In this document: positions 1 through 6,389 of the stretch, one piece after another
Numbering within the stretch: the stretch's first letter is position 1
Layout of the letters: each line of letters opens with the position of its first letter
DNA from: a virus
DNA: 48,035 bases
Virus record (IMG/VR): IMGVR_UViG_3300045988_174984
Coordinates: 1-48,035 of that record
Direction: 5' to 3' (one strand)
Translations under genes and position numbers: made by a program
The notes under the pieces: model-generated
The model's database searches: none
The model's input: the letters and a program-made list of their open reading frames with translations, nothing else
Told to the model about the DNA's origin: nothing

Positions 1-99
1 ATTTTTTTGAAAAATCAAATAGAGCGTGGAACATGTAATAGTTTGTAACTTCGTTCCCGTCGTTTAAAAAATTCCAAAATTTTTGCACCCCCTTCCCGG
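1..99. repeat. 99-bp terminal sequence identical to 47937..48035 (circular-contig overlap or short direct terminal repeat)
   Basis: Base-by-base comparison of the window start and end shows identity over 99 nt. The region is AT-rich with AAAATTTT-type tracts. Confidence 0.9.
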
Positions 100-504
100 G
101 GCGCGGCGCCGCGGGTTTTTGGCCCCGGGGGGTCTCGAACGCCGCATCCCCACGCCGTTCGATATCGAACCGAACGGACCCCGGCGGGTTTCGGCAGCGC
201 AGGGGGTGAGAATCCGCCGTGTAGGCGGCTGAGTTTCGCTAGCTCATGCGGACGGCAGGCGGCGGGGCCAAAGTTCATACAGTTTCTCTCATACAGCCGG
301 ATAAATGAACATGTGTTTATTTAGCCGGCTAACAAACTGCGCGCAGAATGATGTAAACGCCTGCGGCAGTAGCGAAGGCCCCACGGAGCGGACACGCTCC
401 AAGGGTGTTGTGCGTGCCGTAAACGAGCGTACAGCCACTCTGGCCGCCACGGTCGCCCGTCGTCGAAACCCAGTCTTGTGCTTTTTTAGGTGATAACCCT
501 CATT

Positions 505-621
505 CGTCGCGTAGTCGCGTCGTTAAACGTTTTAGAGCTTCTCTCCTATATGTCTTTTTTACTCCTCTTTTCTCACGTAAGGATCAACATATAGAACAGC
601 TAATAACGCGACTACGCGACG
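505..621. repeat. 16-bp perfect inverted repeat flanking an 85-bp AT/pyrimidine-rich spacer; each arm is a GTCGCGT doublet (iteron-like)
   Basis: 505..520 CGTCGCGTAGTCGCGT is the exact reverse complement of 606..621 ACGCGACTACGCGACG. It lies in a non-coding region. Confidence 0.8.
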
Positions 622-804
622 GCTCCATTGCTTTTTCGTAGGGAAACTACCCGCCTATTTCGCTTTTTCCCGCTTTTTTCTCAAAAGCCCGCCGCGCCCC
701 CCAACCTCGAAGAACGCGGCTTCATTAGGGTTTCTACTAGCCTAATTCGCTTATAGGGTTTCCGCTACTTCGTTTTAAACCTCGGGTTAGCCCCTATGCC
801 TCTG

Positions 805-855
805 TGTGCGCACATGTCTTGCCTTTGTGTGTTATGTGCGCTATAGTGTGCACAT
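805..855 (+). promoter_or_regulatory. Candidate early promoter (TTGCCT 819..824, N17, TATAGT 842..847) overlapped by palindromes TGTGCGCACA (805..814) and TGTGCACA (847..854)
   Basis: Sigma70-like hexamers with 17-bp spacing sit ~50 bp upstream of the first + strand gene. The palindromes share a GTGTGC/GCACAC half-site with the immunity region. Confidence 0.45.
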
Positions 856-900
856 ACAGATCGAACACATATCGCGTCCGATCGTCACTGAGGAAAAAAG

Positions 901-1728
901 ATGGCTGCTATTACTAAGACACTGATCACAAGATCGACCATCGATCAGATCATTCGCTGCAATGCTCACGCTGGCCGCGCCGCGTGGATTAAGAACAGCC
1001 GCTCGAAGGTACTGGCCGACGCAATGCTGCGGGAGGAGGACTTTCAGCCTGCGCAAATCCCTTTCGATGGCTTCTATGAAAGTCATCTCACTGCCGCATT
1101 CGAAGACGAAGTCGCTTTTGCACTCAGCCATTACGAAGAAACGGACGACTGCGAGCTGACCAGCGAAGAGCTCGGAGACTGTGCCGGCGACTGCACTATC
1201 AGCGCCGCCGATGCGGTCGAAATCGCTCGGACTTGGGTCAATCGCTACGAAGACTATCTAAGCGACGCGGCGAACGATTTGGCTGATGAGAACGATCAGC
1301 AGGATCGAATTCACCTGCGCTTCGCTTCATACAACGCTGAAGCAAACTGTCATGGCTACTGGCCGTGGGGTGATGAAGAAAAGCCCGTCGCCTATATCTC
1401 TAAAGCAGACATCCGCCGTCTTCGCAAGCTCGCAGCTCAGGCGCCGGCCGAGTATCGCGAGGACATCTGCGAAATCGTCGACTTCGCAGGATACGTCCGC
1501 AAGCGCTTCACGCCTGCGAGCGGGTGGATTCCCTTTTACTCGGCGGACGTCTGCGAGTGGGGGGCCGTCACGACGTGGGACACAGCGCAAATCGGCGTTC
1601 TCCTCGATTTCATTTGCCCCGACCGTTGTTTGACCGAGTACGGCCTTGACGATCGTATCAGCGCATGCATTCAAAAGCTCGCAGGCGCTGCGCTTGACGA
1701 CCGGATCGAAGCCCACAAGGCCGCCTAA
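901..1728 (+). CDS. Hypothetical early protein, strongly acidic
   Basis: 275-aa ORF with ATG preceded by ACTGAGGAAAAAAG. D/E-rich. No motif recognised. Confidence 0.7.
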   Translation: MAAITKTLITRSTIDQIIRCNAHAGRAAWIKNSRSKVLADAMLREEDFQPAQIPFDGFYESHLTAAFEDEVAFALSHYEETDDCELTSEELGDCAGDCTISAADAVEIARTWVNRYEDYLSDAANDLADENDQQDRIHLRFASYNAEANCHGYWPWGDEEKPVAYISKADIRRLRKLAAQAPAEYREDICEIVDFAGYVRKRFTPASGWIPFYSADVCEWGAVTTWDTAQIGVLLDFICPDRCLTEYGLDDRISACIQKLAGAALDDRIEAHKAA

Positions 1729-1758
1729 CTAACTAACTACACAACTGAGGAAAAAATC

Positions 1759-2175
1759 ATGTTCGTAAACACTCTCTCACAAAAGACGATCGAAGCGCTT
1801 GACAGTGAAGCCCGCGAGCTTCTCGAAAAGCCCGTCACGGCCGCCGGCACGTGGTTCTGCTTCTCAATCCTTGGTGGCCGGGACCCCGCGACGCTCTCGC
1901 AGCTGATCCGCAGCGCAGCGGCTTACTTAGATCGTGACGACGACGAGGACGAGATCGATTTGCTCAGCTTGGACGTCTTCAAGAGCGAAAGCGGCGATTT
2001 CATCGTCGACGCTGATCTTGCCGTCGGAGGTCCCACGATTCGCGCTCGCTACGAATCCCGCTGGGACACGCTCGAAGTAACTGCCTCGTGGGGCAGCGAC
2101 ACGGTACAGCTCTATCAGAGTAGCGGCGAAACCTCAGACCTGAAAGGCCAACTTACAGCCGCCGGCGAGCTGTGA
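1759..2175 (+). CDS. Hypothetical early protein, acidic (DDDEDEID stretch)
   Basis: 138-aa ORF preceded by the same ACTGAGGAAAAAA RBS-like motif as the upstream gene. Confidence 0.7.
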   Translation: MFVNTLSQKTIEALDSEARELLEKPVTAAGTWFCFSILGGRDPATLSQLIRSAAAYLDRDDDEDEIDLLSLDVFKSESGDFIVDADLAVGGPTIRARYESRWDTLEVTASWGSDTVQLYQSSGETSDLKGQLTAAGEL

Positions 2176-2187
2176 GGGGGATCAATC

Positions 2188-2487
2188 ATGAAAGTAATTG
2201 CAAAGCTCTCCACGCGTCTTTTCAACTCTGACGCCGTTCGGGATGCCTTCTTCGCCGGCTGGGTTGACGCAGGCGGCACGACCGGCGACTGCGAAAGCGA
2301 TTGCCCGTGGTGCGCTCCTTGGTACTGGGCGGATTCCATTCGCATCGAATGGGATGCAGACGAACCCACGCCGGACGGCCTCACTGACGAGGAGGCTGCG
2401 GCGTATCAAATTGGCGCGGCTTACTGGCGAGCAGTCGGCCCCGAAGTGCTCGCACTGATCGAAGAAGAAAAAGCGTACTGCGCTTGA
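2188..2487 (+). CDS. Hypothetical protein
   Basis: 99-aa ORF with a GAGGGGG RBS 7 nt upstream, tightly packed in the operon. Confidence 0.6.
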   Translation: MKVIAKLSTRLFNSDAVRDAFFAGWVDAGGTTGDCESDCPWCAPWYWADSIRIEWDADEPTPDGLTDEEAAAYQIGAAYWRAVGPEVLALIEEEKAYCA

Positions 2488-2508
2488 AAAACACTGTGGA
2501 GAAAAAAG

Positions 2509-2760
2509 ATGACGAAAGTTTACAAGGTTTCGGACGACGGACAGCTGATCGAGCACCTGACGGCTGAAGCTGTGAAAGCAATTGCACGTGAGCAGCTGTC
2601 AAATGCGTCGCGTGGCGCTGAACTTACGCTCGAAGAAGCGAAGAGCCTGATCGCTGCTTCGGAAGCTGAGGATTGCCAGCACATTTGCTTCAGCTTTGAT
2701 GAAGCGAGGAGCCTCGCTAAAGACCTTCGAGAAATGCGCATTGCGCGTGACGCTCGATAA
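2509..2760 (+). CDS. Hypothetical protein
   Basis: 83-aa ORF with a GGAGAAAAAAG RBS. It is followed by terminator hairpins. Confidence 0.6.
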   Translation: MTKVYKVSDDGQLIEHLTAEAVKAIAREQLSNASRGAELTLEEAKSLIAASEAEDCQHICFSFDEARSLAKDLREMRIARDAR

Positions 2761-2798
2761 CCCCCGCGCGGCGGTTTGACTGAGCCGCCGTGCCTTTT

Positions 2799-2827
2799 CC
2801 CCCGGCATCGAAGCCGGGGGGCTTTTT
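2799..2827 (+). terminator. Rho-independent terminator
   Basis: CCCCCGGC (2799..2806), a 6-nt loop, GCCGGGGG (2813..2820), then GCTTTTT. A weaker hairpin (CGGCGG/CCGCCG) lies just upstream. Confidence 0.7.
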
Positions 2828-2902
2828 GAAGCTGCTTTACCACGCGTGAGGACGCTTCAAAAAGTCGCAGGACTTCCGTTCTTTTTAAAAATTTGGAAAC
2901 AA

Positions 2903-2924
2903 GAGGCCGTTCGGCCTCATTTAT
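2903..2924 (+). terminator. Small hairpin GAGGCC-GTTC-GGCCTC followed by ATTTAT; possible terminator overlapping the left arm of the 24-bp inverted repeat
   Basis: 6-bp GC stem with a tetraloop and an A/T-rich tail. Confidence 0.35.
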
Positions 2925-2935
2925 CTATGGACTTT
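2912..2935. repeat. Left arm of a 24-bp perfect inverted repeat (partner 3666..3689)
   Basis: CGGCCTCATTTATCTATGGACTTT is the exact reverse complement of 3666..3689. Confidence 0.9.
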
Positions 2936-3073
2936 CGCGCGCCTTTTGGGTATAGTTAGCTTGCGTCGTGAAAAAGACGACGACGGGCTTCGAACCCCGA
3001 ACGAACAACACAAGCGCGAAAGGCGCCGCACACATTTTTATGTGTAGTGGCTTTTCTTTTGCTTATCTCTTAT

Positions 3074-3149
3074 GGGGAGAGCTGCGGGCCGCGTAAGCGG
3101 GCCGGAGTGCTTGTGTTCCGGTGTTCGAACCCGCAGTTTCTTCCCGCCA
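3074..3149 (+). ncRNA. 76-nt tRNA-sized structured element ending GCCA; not a canonical cloverleaf
   Basis: GGGGAGA (3074..3080) pairs with TCTTCCC (3139..3145), followed by G+CCA. Nested inside are a 7-bp helix CTGCGGG/CCCGCAG, a CCGC-GTAA-GCGG (GNRA) hairpin, a CCGG..CCGG hairpin and an unpaired TTCGAA. The D and T arms do not fit the standard tRNA model. Confidence 0.3.
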
Positions 3150-3205
3150 CCTTCGAACAGTGCTCGGGAAGAGTTTTTCAAACTCTTAAGAAAGGATCAC
3201 AAGCA

Positions 3206-3661
3206 ATGTCCGACCTTTCCCCTGCGCAAATGCGCCAAATCACCGCGGCGGTTTACGCCGTCGCCCCGGGCCGTGCCGATCGCGGCCGCGTTTTTGCCGG
3301 CCTTCGTAGGCACTTCGCCGTTGCGTCATATCGCGATATTCCCGCCGAAAAACTCGGCGACGCTTTGCGCGTCATCAGCGCTTACAAACTCGCGAAAGAC
3401 GCGCCGGCCCCACAGTCGAAGTCGAAGCCGCGGCCAAAACCCGAACCGGCCGCGAAGCCTGCGACCACGCGGGAGCAGCGGCGCATGCAACTTGCACTAG
3501 GCACGATTACAGCTTTCGATATCATCTACGATCGTTTAGTTGACCTTGTCTGTGACGACGAAAAAGACTGGCCGCCGCAAAAAGTTACACGTGCATTAGA
3601 TGATATGTCTAAAAACGCGAGCATTTTAGAGGCGTGGTTAACGCTTCAATCCGCACGATAA
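3206..3661 (+). CDS. Hypothetical protein (151 aa) inside the inverted-repeat-flanked cassette
   Basis: ATG at 3206 preceded by AAAGGA. The ORF-track start at 3047 would read through the structured non-coding element and is rejected. Confidence 0.6.
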   Translation: MSDLSPAQMRQITAAVYAVAPGRADRGRVFAGLRRHFAVASYRDIPAEKLGDALRVISAYKLAKDAPAPQSKSKPRPKPEPAAKPATTREQRRMQLALGTITAFDIIYDRLVDLVCDDEKDWPPQKVTRALDDMSKNASILEAWLTLQSAR

Positions 3662-3665
3662 AAAA

Positions 3666-3689
3666 CAAAGTCCATAGATAAATGAGGCC
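3666..3689. repeat. Right arm of the 24-bp perfect inverted repeat (partner 2912..2935)
   Basis: AAAGTCCATAGATAAATGAGGCCG, the exact reverse complement of the left arm. Confidence 0.9.
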
Positions 3690-3715
3690 GTCCGATTAAT
3701 CTCGGGCGGCTTTTT
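3686..3715 (+). terminator. Rho-independent terminator
   Basis: GCCGTCCGA / TCGGGCGGC stem (one G-U pair), a 6-nt loop, then TTTTTT. Confidence 0.75.
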
Positions 3716-3751
3716 TGTTTCTTTTTTCTCTGAAACCGGAGCGTTTTTTCT

Positions 3752-4270
3752 ATGGAAATTCAAATCAAAATCGATGCCACGCCGGCCGCCGTGGCCTGCG
3801 CAGAAAGTTTGGGGCTGCTGGGCGCGGGGCTTAAAGCGCTGTCGAAGCTGCAGGCAAAGCCGCAAAGCTGCACCGCCGCGCCGACCCCGCCCGTGGAGGA
3901 ACCGGCCCCTGAACCTGCCCCATCTGCGGAGGAACCGGCTCCCGAACCTGCCCGACAAGCCGCCGCGGACCATAGGGAGGCGCGGCAAAATTCTGGCGAT
4001 GCGCCCGCCCCGCAGGGAGGCGCGGCAGCCTCTCCGGCTGAACTACATACGCATGCGGATATCCTGACGATCTGCGCGGCCTTGAAGCGCGACTACCCCG
4101 AAGACTTCACGCCGGCCGCAGGCCTGCAATTTACGCGCGATGCCTGTAAAGCCGCAGGCGTTGAATCAATTAAACCGACGGACCCCGAAGCGGTGGAGCG
4201 CCTTTATCAGGCCGTCGCGAAGATGGCCGCCGACTTCCGCGCGTCGCAGGGAGGCGCGGCGAATGGCTAA
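3752..4270 (+). CDS. Hypothetical Pro/Ala-rich protein; carries three copies of the AGGGAGGCGCGGC motif
   Basis: 172-aa ORF. Its stop overlaps the next gene's start (ATGGCTAA). Confidence 0.6.
   Translation: MEIQIKIDATPAAVACAESLGLLGAGLKALSKLQAKPQSCTAAPTPPVEEPAPEPAPSAEEPAPEPARQAAADHREARQNSGDAPAPQGGAAASPAELHTHADILTICAALKRDYPEDFTPAAGLQFTRDACKAAGVESIKPTDPEAVERLYQAVAKMAADFRASQGGAANG
3974..3987 (+). repeat. Motif copy 1: AGGGAGGCGCGGCA
   Basis: Exact 14-mer, read as REARQ. Confidence 0.85.
4014..4027 (+). repeat. Motif copy 2: AGGGAGGCGCGGCA
   Basis: Exact 14-mer in a different codon phase, read as QGGAA. Confidence 0.85.
4248..4261 (+). repeat. Motif copy 3: AGGGAGGCGCGGCG
   Basis: 13/14 match, read as QGGAA. 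Confidence 0.85.
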
Positions 4271-5525
4271 GCATGCCCTCCTTTCGCCGAGCGCGGCGCA
4301 TCGGTGGTGCAACTGCCCGGGCTCCGTCGCACTCACCAAAGACCTGCCGAACGAGTCAAGCTCGTATGCAGAAGAAGGCACGCGGGCGCATCGCCTTGCA
4401 GAGCTCGCTTTAGCGTACTGGCATGAGGCGGAGCGTCTTGCGGAGGGCTACGGCGCCGCAGGAGACCCGAGCTATGCCGCAGTGCGGGACGAGTATTTCG
4501 CGTTTCGCGACAAAGCCGGCGAGGAAATGAACGCTGCTGTCAGCACGTATCTTCGAGTTATTGAGGGCAAACGTCCGTATAACTGGCGCAAGGTTGAAGA
4601 ACGCTTAGACGTTTCGGGCATCACTGGCGAAGAAGGCGCGGCGGGCACTGCGGACTGCGTGCTGCTCCAAGGCGACACGCTTTGGATCATCGACTTCAAG
4701 TACGGCAAGGGCGTTCGGGTAGCCGCTGAGCATAACGATCAGCTTTCGATTTACGCGATTGCGGCCTACGACCAGCTCGATTTCTTCGCGCAGGCCGGCG
4801 TGCAGCAGATTGGTCTTCAGATCGTTCAGCCGCGCATCGACCACATCGATGAGTGGGTTTTCCCCGTCTCGGAGATCGAGGGCATGCGCGCCCGCTTCAA
4901 GGAGGCGGGAGCCGAAGCGCTCAGGGAGGCGCGGCAGTACGACGAGGATCACGGGACGGCGCTTCAGCTTAACCCGTCTGAGGGCGCCTGCCGCTTCTGC
5001 GGCGTGAAAGCTTCGTGCCCGAAGCTTCGCGAGCAGGTGACAGAGCTCGTCGAATCGCAGTTTGAAGTACTGCTGCCTGCGGAGATGCCTGCGGCACCCG
5101 AAGCGATCCCTGTCCCGCAGGAGATTGATGAGCTTGCCAAGGCGCTGAAGTGGGTCCCGCTCGTACGCACATGGTGCGATGCCGTCAGCGACGCCGCCCT
5201 GTCCAAAGCCTCTGCGGGTGAGGACATCCCGGGCTTCAAGCTCGTCGCAGGCCGCGCTGGCCCGCGGCAGTGGGACAAGGCGCAGCTCGAACAGGTCACG
5301 AAGCTGCTTAAGGGCGGACTTCGTGTGGCCGATCTCTATGAAAAGAAACTCATTTCTCCGACCTCGGCGGAGAAGTTGATGAAAGCCGGAACGCTTGGGG
5401 AGGCGCGGTGGAAGAAGCTCGGGAAATTCATCACGCGCTCCGAAGCCAAAAACGCCCTCGTGCCGGAATCCGATCCGAGACCCGCACTGCCGAAGGTGGA
5501 AAGCGCCTTCGACGTGCTCCAGTAA
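4263..5525 (+). CDS. PD-(D/E)XK-type nuclease, DUF2800-like (Cas4-like C-terminal Cys cluster)
   Basis: N-terminus MAKHALLSPSAAHRWCNCPGS and C-terminal CRFCGVKASCP are typical of the DUF2800 family, which sits next to DUF2815 and Pol A in phage replication modules. The start was moved to the ATG at 4263. Confidence 0.8.
   Translation: MAKHALLSPSAAHRWCNCPGSVALTKDLPNESSSYAEEGTRAHRLAELALAYWHEAERLAEGYGAAGDPSYAAVRDEYFAFRDKAGEEMNAAVSTYLRVIEGKRPYNWRKVEERLDVSGITGEEGAAGTADCVLLQGDTLWIIDFKYGKGVRVAAEHNDQLSIYAIAAYDQLDFFAQAGVQQIGLQIVQPRIDHIDEWVFPVSEIEGMRARFKEAGAEALREARQYDEDHGTALQLNPSEGACRFCGVKASCPKLREQVTELVESQFEVLLPAEMPAAPEAIPVPQEIDELAKALKWVPLVRTWCDAVSDAALSKASAGEDIPGFKLVAGRAGPRQWDKAQLEQVTKLLKGGLRVADLYEKKLISPTSAEKLMKAGTLGEARWKKLGKFITRSEAKNALVPESDPRPALPKVESAFDVLQ
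4923..4936 (+). repeat. Motif copy 4: AGGGAGGCGCGGCA
   Basis: Exact 14-mer inside the nuclease gene, read as REARQ. Confidence 0.85.
5398..5408 (+). repeat. Motif copy 5 (core GGGAGGCGCGG)
   Basis: 11-nt core inside the nuclease gene, read as GEARW. Confidence 0.7.
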
Positions 5526-5555
5526 CAGCCGATAGCTATATAGGAATGAAAGCAA

Positions 5556-6107
5556 ATGGCAATTAAAGATCCTTGCGTCGCACTCATCAAGTGCCGCCTG
5601 CAAACCCCCCATCTCTACGAACCGTACACCGACAAGTACGGGAAGACCATGTATTCGTGCATCCTGCGCGTATACGACAAGGCCGAGTGGGCAAAGATCG
5701 AGGCAGGCAAGCGCGCCGCCTGTCAGAAAAAGTTCGGCGTCGATGCCGATAAGAAGCTTAAGAAGATCAACGGCAATCCAAACTGCTGCCTGCTTCGTGA
5801 GCCCGACGACGACTCCTACAAGTTTATGAAGGCTACGCGCAAGCCCGAAGACGGCTGCCCCAAGCTGATCGACCGTGCGAAAAACGGCGTTCCGCAGTCT
5901 GCGGGGCTCTTTGTCTCCGGCGCAGAGGTTTTCGCCCTTGTCTCTTTCTGGGCGTACGACAACCAGTCGACGGGCGTAGGCGCCACGATCCTTGGCCTGC
6001 AGTGGGTCAAGGAAGGCGAACCCTTCGGTGGCGCGCTGATTGCCAGCGACGATGACTTCGACGCACTCGACGATACGGGCGGCGAAGAAACGGATTCGTA
6101 CTTCTAA
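5556..6107 (+). CDS. ssDNA-binding protein, DUF2815-like
   Basis: 183 aa with an acidic C-terminal tail (DDDFDALDDTGGEETDSYF), positioned between the DUF2800 nuclease and the polymerase. Confidence 0.7.
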   Translation: MAIKDPCVALIKCRLQTPHLYEPYTDKYGKTMYSCILRVYDKAEWAKIEAGKRAACQKKFGVDADKKLKKINGNPNCCLLREPDDDSYKFMKATRKPEDGCPKLIDRAKNGVPQSAGLFVSGAEVFALVSFWAYDNQSTGVGATILGLQWVKEGEPFGGALIASDDDFDALDDTGGEETDSYF

Positions 6108-6389
6108 CGGCTCTTGCCAGAGCGTCTTCATCTCCCCCATGAGGACGCTCGAGCAAGGGTCGTGAGGCAAAGCTCCTGACCGGGAAACCAGGAGCGTCGG
6201 GGTTATGGGTCGCGTAGCTGCAGTCCCTACTCCCTCGATACCAAAGGCGGCGTGCGTTCCGGCGCGAGAGAGAGAGTTGACTGCGATCCGCCTCCTCACG
6301 ATCCCATTGATTTTTAAGCATTGGAGATAAAGCTCAACGAGTGTATGACATTCGTTCGAGACTTGATCCTTTTGCCTTAAGGAAAAGAC

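Noticed and set aside
273-296. Two TCATACAG copies resembling the attP arm repeats
   Set aside because: They are too far from int (about 17 kb in either direction on the circle) to be part of attP. They may be coincidental or bind another factor, and no claim is made.
15-493. ORFs 15..278 (-) and 305..493 (+) in the junction region
   Set aside because: They have no RBS, odd composition, and sit in a region full of palindromes and repeats. The region is treated as non-coding.
3074-3149. Canonical tRNA gene call
   Set aside because: The acceptor helix, CCA end and 76-nt length fit. The D-arm, anticodon arm and T-arm cannot be drawn, because TTCGAAC is offset by 3 nt and its stem does not pair. 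It is kept only as an unclassified structured element.
3047-3205. N-terminal extension of the 3047..3661 ORF
   Set aside because: It would translate through the structured tRNA-sized element. A good RBS plus ATG at 3206 gives a cleaner start.
4605-6299. 564-aa ORF on the - strand, antisense to the nuclease and SSB genes
   Set aside because: It translates to Arg/Leu-rich sequence with no motif and fully overlaps two well-supported + strand genes. This is a typical shadow ORF in GC-rich DNA.
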